A stretch of 64,000 bases of DNA from an uncultured Gemmatimonadales bacterium. GTDB lineage: Bacteria > Gemmatimonadota > Gemmatimonadetes > Longimicrobiales > RSA9. Positions 8,749-19,673 of this stretch are shown piece after piece. The first letter of the stretch is position 1; every line of letters begins with the position of its first letter. The position numbers and the translations under genes were made by a program. The DNA is taken from positions 224,001-288,000 of the forward strand of contig CAVUKA010000001.1 of NCBI GenBank assembly GCA_963741945.1. The letters run 5' to 3'. Below the pieces are notes generated by a model. The model was not told the origin of the DNA. It saw only the letters and a program-made list of their open reading frames with translations, and searched no databases.

Positions 8749-9278
8749 GGCGTGAAGCGCCCGAAGTCTTCGGGGTGCAGTCGCCGGAGGTACTCTTTCA
8801 GGTCCTCGGGCGGCGTGAGCTCGTCCTCGGCCTCCGACAGCTCCTCCTCCGGAGCTTCGGCTTCGAAGTCGGACCCTTCGGAGATCTCGATGGACGTTTC
8901 CTCCAGGAGGTCGTCCGTGGTGTAGATCACCGCGTCCATGCGGAGCGCCATGGCGATGGAGTCGGACGGGCGGGCATCGAGGCTGAAATACTCGCTGTCC
9001 CGCGCAATGATCATCTCCGCGTAGTAGGTGTTGTCCACCACTTTCGTGATGATCACGCGCTGCAGCTTCCCTCCCAGGCCGGTGATGGCGGAGGCGAAGA
9101 GGTCGTGCGTGAGCGGTCGGGAGAAGCTCATCCCGGCCAGCTCCATGGCGATGGCGCTCGCCTCGCCCGGACCGATCCAGATCGGGAGGACCCGTGCGCC
9201 ATCCTTCTCCTGCAGGATGACCACCGGGCTGTTGGAGCTGCGATCGAGTCCGAGACTCTGGACCTTGACTTCTATCAT
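8745..9278 (-). CDS. Bifunctional nuclease (DUF151) family protein
   Basis: LPIWIGPGEA, RPLTHDL, DARPSDSIAMA. Confidence 0.9.
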   Translation of the reverse strand: MIEVKVQSLGLDRSSNSPVVILQEKDGARVLPIWIGPGEASAIAMELAGMSFSRPLTHDLFASAITGLGGKLQRVIITKVVDNTYYAEMIIARDSEYFSLDARPSDSIAMALRMDAVIYTTDDLLEETSIEISEGSDFEAEAPEEELSEAEDELTPPEDLKEYLRRLHPEDFGRFTP

Positions 9279-9394
9279 GCGCCTCCGCTCCGCGCGGGCC
9301 ATTAGAGGCCGAGTCACTGTTCCTGCGTCCGGGCGGACCGGCCACGCGTGGCGCCGCCGCCCTGCCATCAGATACTCCGGAGTGACGCCGGGGT

Positions 9395-10585
9395 TCACGC
9401 CCCCTTCACCGGGCGCCCCGCTGCCGTCTGCAGCTCCGCCACCCGGTCGGTGCGCTCCCACGGGAAGAGCTGGACCGTCCGACCATCCACCTCCTGCTCG
9501 CGCGGCGACCGGCCGAAGTGCCCGTACACCGCCGTCGGCCGGAAGATGGGCTGGCTCAGGCCCAGTGTCGCGATAATGGCGCGGGGGCGGAAATCGAACA
9601 CATCCTGCACCGCCCGCGCGATCGCGTCATCCGGGATCTGCCCGGTGCCGAACGTCTCCACGTGAACCGAGACCGGCTCGGGCACACCGATGGCATACGC
9701 CAGCTGGATCTCGCACCGCCGCGCGAGCCCCGCGGCCACCACGTTCTTGGCCGCCCATCGCGCGCCGTACGCACCCGAGCGATCCACTTTCGTCGGGTCC
9801 TTCCCGCTGAATGCGCCGCCGCCGTGCCGCCCCGCCCCGCCGTAGGTGTCCACGATGATCTTGCGGCCGGTCAGGCCGGCATCACCACGCGGGCCGCCGA
9901 TCACGAACCGGCCCGTGGGGTTCACGTGGAAGATGCAGCGGTCGCGATCGAACAGCTCTTTCGGCATCACGGGCGTGATGACTTCCTCCACCACCGCCTC
10001 GCGGACGGTCGATAGGTCCACCTCCGGCGCGTGTTGGGTGCTGACCACCACCGTATTCACCCGGACCGGCCGGTCCCCGTCGTACTCCACCGTCACCTGC
10101 GCCTTCCCATCGGGGCGCAGCCAGGGCAGCTGTCGGGAGTGCCGCAGCTCGGCCAGTCGCTGCGTGAGGCGATGGGAAAGCTGGATCGGCGCCGGCATCA
10201 GCTCTGGCGTCTCGTCCACCGCGTAGCCGAACATCATGCCCTGGTCCCCCGCCCCGCCGGGGTCGACGCCCTGCTGGATGTCCGTGGACTGGTGCCCCAC
10301 GGAGATGAGAACGCCGCAGTTGTCTCCGTCGATGCCCCAGGTGGAGTCCGTGTAGCCGATGGAAGAGATGGTGCCGCGCACCAGGGCCTGGTAGTCCGGG
10401 ACAGCGAGCGTCGTGATCTCCCCGGTCACGACCACGAGGCCGGTCGTGACCAGGACCTCGCACGCCACCCGCCCGGCTGGATCCTCGCTCAGGATCGCGT
10501 CCAGAACGGTGTCGCTGATCTGGTCGGCGATCTTGTCGGGATGGCCCTCGGTGACGGACTCCGAGGTGAACAGGCGAGTCGGCAT
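9395..10585 (-). CDS. metK: S-adenosylmethionine synthetase
   Basis: [35 protein letters not shown]. Confidence 0.97.
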   Translation of the reverse strand: MPTRLFTSESVTEGHPDKIADQISDTVLDAILSEDPAGRVACEVLVTTGLVVVTGEITTLAVPDYQALVRGTISSIGYTDSTWGIDGDNCGVLISVGHQSTDIQQGVDPGGAGDQGMMFGYAVDETPELMPAPIQLSHRLTQRLAELRHSRQLPWLRPDGKAQVTVEYDGDRPVRVNTVVVSTQHAPEVDLSTVREAVVEEVITPVMPKELFDRDRCIFHVNPTGRFVIGGPRGDAGLTGRKIIVDTYGGAGRHGGGAFSGKDPTKVDRSGAYGARWAAKNVVAAGLARRCEIQLAYAIGVPEPVSVHVETFGTGQIPDDAIARAVQDVFDFRPRAIIATLGLSQPIFRPTAVYGHFGRSPREQEVDGRTVQLFPWERTDRVAELQTAAGRPVKGA

Positions 10586-10635
10586 GGTCTGCTTCATTCG
10601 AGTCTTGCGTGCGGCGGACGCCGAAGTGTAGAACC

Positions 10636-12423
10636 TCACTCCGGGCCGGACAAGTTCCAGCGTCCGGCGAAGAGCGAGAGGTCGAGCCACTCCGAGATCC
10701 CTTCCGTGAGGATCCGGGTCACCGTGCGGGTGTCGGCCGCCGCGAGGGCTTCATCAGCGCGCGCGCGGGCATCGGACGCGGGGACGGATCGCACCACCTT
10801 CTTGATCTCGGGGAGCGCGGCCGGTGACACGCTGAAGACCGTGATCCCGAGACCGAGCAGCAGGTACAGACCGACGGGGTCGGAAGCCAGCTCGCCGCAG
10901 ACGCTCACTTCCAGCCCCGCCGCCCGCCCTGCCTGGACCGTCTGCCGCAGGAGCTTGATCACCGAGGGGTGCAGCGCGTCGAAGCGCGACGACAGGCGCG
11001 CATTGTTCCGGTCGACCGCGAGCGTGTACTGGGTCAGGTCGTTCGTCCCGATGGAGAAGAAGTCCGCGTACCGCGTCAGCTCCCCGGCCATGAGGGCGGC
11101 CGCGGGTGTCTCGATCATGACGCCCAGCTTGTACCCGGGATTGAACGGGATCCCGTCCGCGTTCAGCCGGTCCTCCTCCTCTTCGAGGATGCTCCGCGTC
11201 TCCTGGATCTCCTCCACCGACGTGATGAGCGGAAGCATGATCCGCACATCCCCGTGGACCGTGGCACGGAGCATGGCACGAAGGTGGGTGCGGAACAGCT
11301 CCGGCATGTCCAGGCAGACGCGGATCGCGCGCCAGCCCAGGTACGGGTTCTCCTCCGCGGGCATGTTCAGGAAGAGCGGGAACTTGTCGCCTCCGAGGTC
11401 GTACGTCCGGATCACCACCGCATCGTGCGGGAACAGCTCCGCCACCCGGCGATAGGCTTCGTACTGCGATTCCTCCTCCGGCATCGAGCGGCGGCCGACC
11501 ACGAGGAACTCCGTCCGGAACAGGCCCACGCCCTGCGCGCCGTGCTCCTTCGCCGTCTGCGCCTCGCCGGGCAGGTCAATGTTGCCGCGGAGCAGCACGG
11601 GCTGTCGGTCCGGCGTCACGGGCTCGAGATGGGCCAGGAGCACCAGCTCCTGCTCCCATTCCCTCACCTGGATGTCCCGTTCGCGATAACGCCGCCGCTC
11701 GGACTCCGAGGGATTCGCGATCAGTCGCCCTGTCCGCCCGTCGAGGATCAGCAGGTCCCCCTGCCCGATCTGGGATGCGGCCTCCCCGAGCCCCACCACG
11801 GCGGGAATCCCCAGGGCGCGCGCGATGATCGCGGAATGCGACGTCCTCGTGCCCGCGTCCGTGGCCAGCCCCAGCACACGGGCCGGATTCAGCTGCACGG
11901 TCAGGCTCGGGATCAGGTCGCGTGCCACCAGGATCACGGGGTCCCGGATCGCGTCCAGGAGCGAGTCGGGGTCCTCCTGCCCCAGCAGGTGACGGATCAG
12001 GCGATTCTCGACATCGAGCAGGTCGTTCAACCGGTCCATCACCATCGGGTGGCCCGTCTGGCGCCACTCGGACTGGAACTCGAGCATCCGGAGCTCCACC
12101 GCGCGGGCCGCCGAAAGGCGGTTCTCGCCGATGTACGCCTTGACGCCCTCCACCAGGTCGGCATCCTGCAACATCATGAGCTGTGGCTCGAAGATCTGCG
12201 CCTCCACCGGTCCGAGGCGGGTCGCCGCCTCGTCCTGGATGTGCAGCAGCTGCTCGCGCGTGGCTGCGCGCGCATCGCGGAACCGCTGGATCTCCTCCTC
12301 GATCTCGTCCGCGCTGATCGTCTGGTGCACCACGCGGGCTCGCTCCCACGCCACCACGTGCGCCGGGCCGATCACGATTCCAGGGGACGCGGGGGTCCCC
12401 TCGCACATCAGACGCTCTGCCAC
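10636..12423 (-). CDS. ptsI: PTS enzyme I (PEP-protein phosphotransferase)
   Basis: TSHSAIIAR phospho-His, [24 protein letters not shown]. Confidence 0.95.
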   Translation of the reverse strand: MAERLMCEGTPASPGIVIGPAHVVAWERARVVHQTISADEIEEEIQRFRDARAATREQLLHIQDEAATRLGPVEAQIFEPQLMMLQDADLVEGVKAYIGENRLSAARAVELRMLEFQSEWRQTGHPMVMDRLNDLLDVENRLIRHLLGQEDPDSLLDAIRDPVILVARDLIPSLTVQLNPARVLGLATDAGTRTSHSAIIARALGIPAVVGLGEAASQIGQGDLLILDGRTGRLIANPSESERRRYRERDIQVREWEQELVLLAHLEPVTPDRQPVLLRGNIDLPGEAQTAKEHGAQGVGLFRTEFLVVGRRSMPEEESQYEAYRRVAELFPHDAVVIRTYDLGGDKFPLFLNMPAEENPYLGWRAIRVCLDMPELFRTHLRAMLRATVHGDVRIMLPLITSVEEIQETRSILEEEEDRLNADGIPFNPGYKLGVMIETPAAALMAGELTRYADFFSIGTNDLTQYTLAVDRNNARLSSRFDALHPSVIKLLRQTVQAGRAAGLEVSVCGELASDPVGLYLLLGLGITVFSVSPAALPEIKKVVRSVPASDARARADEALAAADTRTVTRILTEGISEWLDLSLFAGRWNLSGPE

Positions 12424-12705
12424 TTACTCCTCTCCGAACCTCGAGATCACCAGCTCCACCAGCACGTCCACGGCGACATCGGCATCTTCACCCGACGCGC
12501 GGATCACGATCTCCGCACCCCGCTCCGCCGCCAGCATCATCATGCCCATGATGCTCTTGCCGTTCACTTCCAGCTCGTCCTTCCGGACCCAGACCTCGCA
12601 CCTGAACTGATGCGCCTTCTTCACGAACTCCGCCGCAGGACGGGCGTGCAGACCATACTTGTTCTGGATGACCACGCTCTGTTCCGCGGTCCCCGGCTCG
12701 CTCAT
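12424..12705 (-). CDS. ptsH: Phosphocarrier HPr
   Basis: GLHARPAA (His15) and KSIMG (Ser46). Confidence 0.95.
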   Translation of the reverse strand: MSEPGTAEQSVVIQNKYGLHARPAAEFVKKAHQFRCEVWVRKDELEVNGKSIMGMMMLAAERGAEIVIRASGEDADVAVDVLVELVISRFGEE

Positions 12706-13460
12706 CGCACTCCCCCCACCAATATTCCCGCCACCGTCAGGAGCGCCACGGCCACTATCCCGTAGCGACGCATGCGCTCGCCGAATCGCGCTCCCGCCAC
12801 TGCGGCCACCAGTGCGGCCACGCTCCACGCCCAGGCCAGCTCCGGCGGTCGCGCCGGCGAGAGCGGCAACCCCTTCAGCGCCAGCAGCGCCGCCACCAGA
12901 CCGCTCAGGAAAGCTCCGAGCACCATGATCCGGGGCGGCGTTCGCGGCACCACCGACTCCCGCAGGCGCTCCGCCATGGCGAACCCTTCGGCGAACCCCA
13001 CGTTGAGACCCCACGCCATCAGCCCCACGTGGAGCACGTTGTAGATCAGGAGGAACGCGGCGATGGCCGCCCACCACGGCGCGCCGAGCAGAAGGAGGAA
13101 GAGCGCCAGCAGCACCGAGGCGGGGCGCCAGCCCGCCCACACGAGCTGATCACCCAGCGTCCCCAGCGATCCCCGCATTGCGGCCTTGAACCGCTCGATG
13201 ACGGCCGGATCCGCCCCTTCCTGCTCCAGCTTCAGGACGGCGCCCAGCGCCAGCGGCGCCAGGTACGGGTGGCTGTTGAACGGACCCTCGTGGCGCCGGA
13301 CGGCGGCCTCGAGCGCCACTGCGTCGCCGTACACGCGCCGGAGGCCCGGCAGCAGGACGAAGCCGAAACCCGTGCCCGTGAGCGTTTCATAGTTCCATGA
13401 GCCCTGCACCGCGAACGAGCGGAACAGGATGGACCAGGGCGCCCGCGTCACGCCGCTCAC
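12702..13460 (-). CDS. PTS mannose/fructose/sorbose family IID
   Basis: QGSWNYE, FNSHPY, GSLGTLGDQLVW. Confidence 0.88.
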   Translation of the reverse strand: MSGVTRAPWSILFRSFAVQGSWNYETLTGTGFGFVLLPGLRRVYGDAVALEAAVRRHEGPFNSHPYLAPLALGAVLKLEQEGADPAVIERFKAAMRGSLGTLGDQLVWAGWRPASVLLALFLLLLGAPWWAAIAAFLLIYNVLHVGLMAWGLNVGFAEGFAMAERLRESVVPRTPPRIMVLGAFLSGLVAALLALKGLPLSPARPPELAWAWSVAALVAAVAGARFGERMRRYGIVAVALLTVAGILVGGVR

Positions 13461-14131
13461 GGCAGCACCCAGCCGAGAAGGATCCCCGCGCACGCCCCCG
13501 CGACCAGGGCCAGGCGCCGGGAGCGGACGCCTCCGAAGAGTGCGGCGGCCGTGCCCACCATGCCGGCGGCGATGACCCCCAGCGCCCCGGTCACCACACC
13601 CCCGTCCAGTCCCCAGACCGGCTCCGCCGCGCGCACGAGGCCGTACGCGAGCAGCCCGCCACCTGCCGCCAGCACGCTGCCGCGCAGGAAATCCGCCGCC
13701 ATGGCGGTCAGATGGAGCCGCTCGAGCGTTGATGCGGAAACCGGTCCATGACGCGTGAGGAGCTGTCCGTTGCCGCGGCGCAGGAGAACGATGCTGGCGC
13801 CGCACACCTGCTCCCAGGCGAGCGCGAACGCAAGCGTCAGGACCAGCGCTCCCACGCTCGATCCGTTCGGGGCGAAAGCGACGTAGGCGCTCGTCGCCGC
13901 AACGGCGGCCGTCCCGGACTCGGGGTACCGGGCTGCGCCGATCGGCAGGATCACGAGGGCGAACGCTTCCAGGAGGAAGCCCAGGAGCACGCCCTCCGCC
14001 GGCCGTCCCAGGAGCGCGCCCGTGAGTGTGCCGGCCACGAGCGGTCGTGAGAACATGGCCTGGGGAAACGAAGTTCCGTCCAGGCCGACCAGCCCTCCCA
14101 TCAACGCCACCATCAGCCAGGAGGTCATCAC
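13457..14131 (-). CDS. PTS mannose-family IIC
   Basis: MFSRPLVAGTLTG, PIGAARYPE; multiple TM segments; position in the PTS cluster. Confidence 0.85.
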   Translation of the reverse strand: MMTSWLMVALMGGLVGLDGTSFPQAMFSRPLVAGTLTGALLGRPAEGVLLGFLLEAFALVILPIGAARYPESGTAAVAATSAYVAFAPNGSSVGALVLTLAFALAWEQVCGASIVLLRRGNGQLLTRHGPVSASTLERLHLTAMAADFLRGSVLAAGGGLLAYGLVRAAEPVWGLDGGVVTGALGVIAAGMVGTAAALFGGVRSRRLALVAGACAGILLGWVLP

Positions 14132-14610
14132 GCGCCCACCAGCTCGTCCAGCTCGACGCGCCGGGCGTCGGGAACGTCGCGCGCCACCACCCGGGTGCCC
14201 TGCGCCGACAGCTCCTCCAGCGCGCGCCGGTCTTCGTCGCTCAGGAAGATGTAGCGCAGCACGCGGGTTCGCCCCGGCGCGTGATGAATCCCGCCGATGT
14301 TCACTTCGGCCCCCTCCATCAGGCCGCTCCTCGCCAAACGCGTCATGGTTCCGATTTCACGCGTGAGCACCATGATCCGCTCCCGCGCCTCCTCCCAACC
14401 GGGGAGGCGATCGCGCGCTTCCGCGACCGTGACGAACTCCGCTTCCACGTCCGCGGGCACGCCCATGGCATAGAGCTCCTGCTCCCACGGGGTCACGGCC
14501 AGGATGTCGTCCACGACCACGATGCGCGACGGGTTCAACCGCCCTCCCCAGCCCACCACGACCTGGCCGTGGATCAGCCGCTCATCGACCCGGTAGAGAA
14601 CCACGCTCAC
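14128..14610 (-). CDS. PTS mannose-family IIB
   Basis: RVDERLIHGQV, VNIGG. Confidence 0.92.
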   Translation of the reverse strand: MSVVLYRVDERLIHGQVVVGWGGRLNPSRIVVVDDILAVTPWEQELYAMGVPADVEAEFVTVAEARDRLPGWEEARERIMVLTREIGTMTRLARSGLMEGAEVNIGGIHHAPGRTRVLRYIFLSDEDRRALEELSAQGTRVVARDVPDARRVELDELVGA

Positions 14611-14614
14611 GCCG

Positions 14615-15010
14615 TCACCCAGGCTCCGGGATGGCGCAGATCCCGTCCCGGCCCCGCTGTATCAGCCGGGGCACCAGCTCCTCCAGGGGGAGCGACGAGC
14701 GCTTCATGGCGAAGTCCAGGAGCAGCGGCAGGTTCACGCCCGTGATCACGGCGCACGATCCACTGTCCCGGCACGCCCGTCTCGCCGCGATCCCGCAGCT
14801 CCCTTCGCGCAGGTCCGTGAACACGATGACCGGGCCGTCCCCCGCCAGCCGGGCCACGCCGTCGCGAATCCCCTCTGGACCGAGCCCCTCGTTCGAAAAC
14901 GGCACGAGGGCGTCGTCGTCCATGCCCGCGATCCGCTGGACGGCCTCCACGAGGCCCCGGGCCAGCGCGGCATGGGCCACCACGATCCCGCGCACTTGGG
15001 CGTCACTCAT
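14615..15010 (-). CDS. PTS mannose-family IIA
   Basis: GIVVAH, FTDLREGSC, ITGVNLPLLL. Confidence 0.88.
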   Translation of the reverse strand: MSDAQVRGIVVAHAALARGLVEAVQRIAGMDDDALVPFSNEGLGPEGIRDGVARLAGDGPVIVFTDLREGSCGIAARRACRDSGSCAVITGVNLPLLLDFAMKRSSLPLEELVPRLIQRGRDGICAIPEPG

Positions 15011-15965
15011 AATCTTCCTCGAGATACTCCCGCACGGGACGCATGGCCGCCTGGATCGTGGCGTTGAACCGCTCCGCGCTGTGGATCCCCGAGTACTTCA
15101 ACAGGTGGTTCATCGCCACGACTTCCGCGATCACCGTGATGTTCTTCCCTGGATTAAGCGGGATCGTGACCTGTGGAATCGGAACCTCCAGGATGTCGAC
15201 CTGCTCCGTGGCCAGACCCGTGCGATCGTAGGCATCCTTCTCGTTCCAGTCCACCAGCCGCACCACGACCTCGATGCGCTTCTGCTGCCGGATGGCGCGG
15301 ATCCCGAAAAGCGCCGAAATGTCGATGATCCCGATGCCGCGGATCTCCATGTGGTGCCGCTGCAGCTCGTGACCGCGCGCGATGAGCACGTCATTGCCCC
15401 GCCGGGTAACGTAGACCAGGTCATCGGCCACGAGCCGATGACCCCGCTCCACCAGGTCCAGGACGCACTCGCTCTTGCCGATCCCGCTCCGCCCCACGAT
15501 GAGCAGGCCGACGCCGTACACGTCCGCCATGGACCCGTGCAGCGTGGTGCTGGGAGCGAACATGGCTTCCAGATACGGCTGGATCCGACGGTAGAGGTCG
15601 CCGGTCTTCAGCGACGTCCTGAAAACGGGCACCTGGCGCTCCGACGCCAGCTCCAGCAGCCGCGCGGGCACTTCCTGCCCCTTGCTGACCACCAGCGCCG
15701 GCATGTCGATGGAGAACAGGCGCCCGAGCACGGACTCGAGCTCACCCTCCTTCACCGAGTGGAGGAAAGCGACTTCCGTTTCCCCCAGGATCTGGAGGCG
15801 CCCCTTGGGCACGCGGTCACGAAAGCCGGACAGGATGAGCCCCGGGCTGGACAGGCTCGGGGCTTCGATCGGCCGGTCGAGCGAGACGTCCGGCGTCAGA
15901 AGCTCGAGGTCGATGACATCCTGCTTGTCGGCTAGCAGCGCCTTGATGGTCAGGTTCGGGCTCAC
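15003..15965 (-). CDS. hprK: HPr(Ser) kinase/phosphorylase
   Basis: LHG..DVYGVG, GRSGIGKSE, HRLVADD, MEIRGIGII. Confidence 0.96.
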   Translation of the reverse strand: MSPNLTIKALLADKQDVIDLELLTPDVSLDRPIEAPSLSSPGLILSGFRDRVPKGRLQILGETEVAFLHSVKEGELESVLGRLFSIDMPALVVSKGQEVPARLLELASERQVPVFRTSLKTGDLYRRIQPYLEAMFAPSTTLHGSMADVYGVGLLIVGRSGIGKSECVLDLVERGHRLVADDLVYVTRRGNDVLIARGHELQRHHMEIRGIGIIDISALFGIRAIRQQKRIEVVVRLVDWNEKDAYDRTGLATEQVDILEVPIPQVTIPLNPGKNITVIAEVVAMNHLLKYSGIHSAERFNATIQAAMRPVREYLEEDYE

Positions 15966-15977
15966 GCAGTCTCCGCG

Positions 15978-16301
15978 CTAGGGTTCGAGGATCACCGCCG
16001 GCGGGGGCGCCTGGTGATCGATGCGCTTCGTGCGTTCCCGGCGCAGGCGACGACGGATCTTCTCGAACGCACGGTCGAACGCGCTGCGATTCGTTTCACC
16101 TTCGGCACGGGCCACCAGCGTGGGAACACCGGGCACCTCCGCACGCATCTCCACTGCGTGATGGCCGTGCTCCCCCTCGAACAGCACCGCCACCGTGAGG
16201 ACCCGGGGATCGTACTTCCCGAGCTTGCGCACCCGCTCGTCCGCACGCTTCATGAGTGCGTCGCTGACCGTGCTATGCCGCGTGGTGATCCGAACGTCCA
16301 T
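15978..16301 (-). CDS. Ribosome hibernation factor HPF/RaiA (short form)
   Basis: MDVRITTRH...KLGKY...AFDRAFEKIRRRLRR; GGAGG RBS; upstream of hprK. Confidence 0.8.
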   Translation of the reverse strand: MDVRITTRHSTVSDALMKRADERVRKLGKYDPRVLTVAVLFEGEHGHHAVEMRAEVPGVPTLVARAEGETNRSAFDRAFEKIRRRLRRERTKRIDHQAPPPAVILEP

Positions 16302-16323
16302 GGGGCCTCCAGCGTTGGAATCC

Positions 16324-17436
16324 TCAGACAGAGCTGACCACGCCCTCGAGAAAAGCCTCCGTCTCGAGAGCTGACCGCTCCCAGGTATGCCGCCGCGCGA
16401 ATGCCAGGGCGTTCTGCCCCAGGCGCTCCCGCAGTGGCGAGTCCTCGACCAGCAGCCGGATTCGATCGGCCAGCACCGCCACATCGCCGTGGGGCACGAG
16501 GAACCCGGTCTCGCCATCGAGTACCGAGTCCCGCAGGCCGGGCGAATCGCTCGCCACGGTCGGGGTCCCGCACGCCGCCGCTTCCAGGTTCGTGATCCCC
16601 CACCCCTCCTTGGGCGAGGTGAGCACGTGCACCCAGGATCGGCGGAACAGCTCCAGCTTCTCCTCCTCTGTGACGAATCCACGGAACTCCACCAGCTCCT
16701 GGAGCTCCAGCTCGATGCAGAGCGCCCGCAGCGCATCCGCGTGATCCCCCGTTCCCGCCACCATCAGGCGAACCCTCACGCCCGCGTCCCGCAGCCGGGC
16801 GATGGCGCGGATCGGCAGGTCCACCCGCTTGTACCGCTTCAACCGTCCGAGATACAGCACGGTGGGCAGATCGAACCGCTCGCCCGTCGGGCTCGGGCCA
16901 TACCGTTCCAGTGCCACCCCGTTCGGGATCACGGCAATGGCCTGGCCACGCAGCCCCCGCTCGCCGAGGTCCTGCGCCGTGCTGCGGGAAACCGCCATGG
17001 TCGGGGTACCGGCGTAGACGCGGCCGAGCGGCTTCTCCAGCAGCCACGTCCCCGTGGCCACCGGGAAGGATGCTTCCTGGAACGCCGTCCGGCCGAAAAG
17101 ATGATGTACCAGAAGCGCGAGCGGGTGCCGCGCCCAGAGCGGCGAGAACAGCGGGACCTTGTTCAGGTCTTCGACCATCGCATCGAATCGCCGGTCGGCC
17201 AGGTGGCGCCGGTAATACACCGGGGCCGCTACCGAGAATGTAAGGCGTCCGCCGGTCCGGTGCACCTCCATCCCGTCCACCTCCGCCCGGGCGGGAGCGC
17301 CCGACCAGCCGGAGACGAGCAGCGTCACCCCGTGCCCGCGCGCCGCCAGACGCCCGTAGATCTCGTGGAGGTGCGTTTCCGCACCGCCCGCCTGGGGGTT
17401 GAGGCGGTCCTGCCAGTTGATCACGAGGAGACGCAT
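16324..17436 (-). CDS. Glycosyltransferase family 4
   Basis: NPQAGGAE, LGRLKRYKR, KEGWGITNLEAAACGTP. Confidence 0.92.
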   Translation of the reverse strand: MRLLVINWQDRLNPQAGGAETHLHEIYGRLAARGHGVTLLVSGWSGAPARAEVDGMEVHRTGGRLTFSVAAPVYYRRHLADRRFDAMVEDLNKVPLFSPLWARHPLALLVHHLFGRTAFQEASFPVATGTWLLEKPLGRVYAGTPTMAVSRSTAQDLGERGLRGQAIAVIPNGVALERYGPSPTGERFDLPTVLYLGRLKRYKRVDLPIRAIARLRDAGVRVRLMVAGTGDHADALRALCIELELQELVEFRGFVTEEEKLELFRRSWVHVLTSPKEGWGITNLEAAACGTPTVASDSPGLRDSVLDGETGFLVPHGDVAVLADRIRLLVEDSPLRERLGQNALAFARRHTWERSALETEAFLEGVVSSV

Positions 17437-17849
17437 CAGCCCCCGAGTCGACGCATCAGGCCATCCAGCACCCCGTTCACGAAGCGCGGGCTCTGCTCCG
17501 TCCCGTACTTCTCCGCCAGCACCAGCGCCTCCTGGATGGACACGCGGGGCGGAATGTCCTCGAAGCGCAGCATCTCCGTGGCGGCAATGCGGAGGATGTT
17601 CCGGTCCACCACCGCGATCCGCTCCAGCCGCCAGTTGGCCACTGAGCGCTGGATCTCGGCATCGACCGCGCCGGGATCCTGCTTCACCGCCTCGATCAGA
17701 CGAGCGAGGTACGGGCGCGGCGCTGTGCCGATCCGCCGTCGCGCGAGGAAGTCGTCCAGGATGGTGTCCAGGTCCGCGTCCGGGCCGCGGCTCTCCCACG
17801 CGTAGAGGACCCGCAGCGCCCATTCCCGGGCCTTACTCCGCTCCCGCAC
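17436..17849 (-). CDS. nusB: Transcription antitermination factor NusB
   Basis: RSKAREWALRVLY, NWRLERIAVVDRNILR, FVNGVLD. Confidence 0.95.
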   Translation of the reverse strand: MRERSKAREWALRVLYAWESRGPDADLDTILDDFLARRRIGTAPRPYLARLIEAVKQDPGAVDAEIQRSVANWRLERIAVVDRNILRIAATEMLRFEDIPPRVSIQEALVLAEKYGTEQSPRFVNGVLDGLMRRLGG

Positions 17850-18315
17850 CCTGCTCCAGTCGTCGGAAGAGGTCCGCCATCTCCAGCGCCGTGAGCGCCG
17901 CCTCCCACCCCTTGTTCCCCTTCTCGCCGCCCGCTCGCGCCAGCGCCTGGTCCCGCGTGTCCGTGGTCAGAACGCCGAACCCGACCGGGATTTGCTCCCG
18001 CAGCGCCAGCTCCTGGAGCCCGCGCGCCGCTTCCCCGGCCACATAGTCGAAATGCGGTGTCTCGCCCCGGATCACGCACCCGAGGGCGACGACGCCATCG
18101 TACCTCGACGCCCGGACCGCGGCGGCGGCGGCGGCCGGCAGCTCGAACGCGCCCGGCACCCACACGATGTCCAGGCCGGTGTCCTCCACCTCATGCTGGG
18201 CGAAGCAGGATCGCGCCCCTTCGAGCAGCTTTTCCGTGATGAGCTCGTTGAAGCGTGAAACCACGATGACGAACCGCCGACCCCCGCCTTCCGGGGCACC
18301 TTCGAATTGTGCCAT
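17833..18315 (-). CDS. ribH: Lumazine synthase
   Basis: SRFNELIT, VPGAFELP, GCVIRGETPHFDYV, GNKGWEAA. Confidence 0.96.
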   Translation of the reverse strand: MAQFEGAPEGGGRRFVIVVSRFNELITEKLLEGARSCFAQHEVEDTGLDIVWVPGAFELPAAAAAAVRASRYDGVVALGCVIRGETPHFDYVAGEAARGLQELALREQIPVGFGVLTTDTRDQALARAGGEKGNKGWEAALTALEMADLFRRLEQGAGAE

Positions 18316-18317
18316 GC

Positions 18318-19673
18318 TCACGTCTCGCTTTCCGCCGCGACTTCCCGCGCCGATCCCTTCTCCGCGCGCCGCGCATCCGGGGCGGAGTCTCGGGCGGCGG
18401 CCGGCTCGCGGGCGGCGGGCGGTGAAGCGCCGTCGCCCAGCGCCGGCTCGATCGGCTCCGGCAGGATGTGGCCGAGCTTGCTCCGCTTGGTCTCCAGGTA
18501 CCCGCGGTTGAACGGCGTGGGCTCCATCTGGATCGGCTCCCTGCCCGTGATCCGCAGGCCGTAGCCTTCGAGGCCCACGATCTTGCGCGGGTTGTTCGTC
18601 AGCAGGCGGATCGAGCTCAGGCCGAGGTCCAGGAGGATCTGGGCCCCGATGCCGTAGTCCCGCAGGTCCGGCTTGAAGCCCAGCGACTGGTTCGCTTCCA
18701 CGGTGTCCTGGCCGTTGTCCTGGAGCGCGTACGCCCGGATCTTGTTCGCCAGCCCGATCCCGCGCCCCTCCTGGCGCAGATAGACGATCGCGCCCTTTCC
18801 CTCCTCGGCGATCTGGCGCATGGCCGCGTCCAGCTGCGCCCCGCAATCACAGCGCTCGGAGTGGAAGACGTCGCCCGTGAGGCATTCCGAGTGCATCCGC
18901 ACCAGCACGTCCGACGCCCCCTCGATGTCGCCCCGGACCAGCGCCACGTGCTCCAGGCCGTCCACCTGGTTCTCGAACGCGACGACGCGGAACTCGCCAT
19001 GGCTCGTGGGCAGCGACGCCTGCGCCACCCGCCGCACGAGCCGCTCGTTCGCCAGCCGGTAGGCCACGATCTGCGCCACCGTGATGAACTTCACGTGGTG
19101 CTCCCTGGCGAACGCCTCCAGCTGCGGCCGGCGTGCCATGGTCCCGTCCGCGTTCATGATCTCGCAGATCACGCCGGCGGGCGGCAGTCCTGCCAGGCGG
19201 GCCAGGTCCACCGACGCTTCCGTCTGGCCCACGCGCCGCAGAACGCCTCCCGGAACGGCACGCAGCGGGAACACGTGTCCCGGACGTCGCAGGTCGCCGG
19301 GTCGCGTTTCGGGGTCCACCAGCAGCTCGATGGTCTTCGCCCGATCGTGCGCGCTGATGCCCGTGGTCACGCCGAAGCGCGGGTGTCCATCCACACTCAC
19401 CGTGAACGCGGTGCGGAAGGAGTCCGTGTTCTGCTCCTGCATGAGCGGGAGTCCCAGCTGGTCCGCCCGCGTGGGCGTGACGGCCACGCAGATCAGCCCG
19501 CGGGCGTGCATGGCCATGAAGTTCACGACATTGGGAGTGATCTTGGCTGCCGCGCAGACCAGATCCCCCTCGTTCTCTCTATTCTCATCGTCCGCGACGA
19601 TCACCAGGCGGCCTTCGCGGATGTCGCGAATGGCCTCCTCGACGGTGTCGAACGCCGAGCTCTCTTCTGTCAT
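18318..19673 (-). CDS. ribBA: Bifunctional DHBP synthase / GTP cyclohydrolase II
   Basis: [43 protein letters not shown]. Confidence 0.96.
   Translation of the reverse strand: MTEESSAFDTVEEAIRDIREGRLVIVADDENRENEGDLVCAAAKITPNVVNFMAMHARGLICVAVTPTRADQLGLPLMQEQNTDSFRTAFTVSVDGHPRFGVTTGISAHDRAKTIELLVDPETRPGDLRRPGHVFPLRAVPGGVLRRVGQTEASVDLARLAGLPPAGVICEIMNADGTMARRPQLEAFAREHHVKFITVAQIVAYRLANERLVRRVAQASLPTSHGEFRVVAFENQVDGLEHVALVRGDIEGASDVLVRMHSECLTGDVFHSERCDCGAQLDAAMRQIAEEGKGAIVYLRQEGRGIGLANKIRAYALQDNGQDTVEANQSLGFKPDLRDYGIGAQILLDLGLSSIRLLTNNPRKIVGLEGYGLRITGREPIQMEPTPFNRGYLETKRSKLGHILPEPIEPALGDGASPPAAREPAAARDSAPDARRAEKGSAREVAAESET

Noticed and set aside
10586-10635. SAM riboswitch before metK
   Set aside because: The gap is only about 40-50 nt and no riboswitch consensus is seen.
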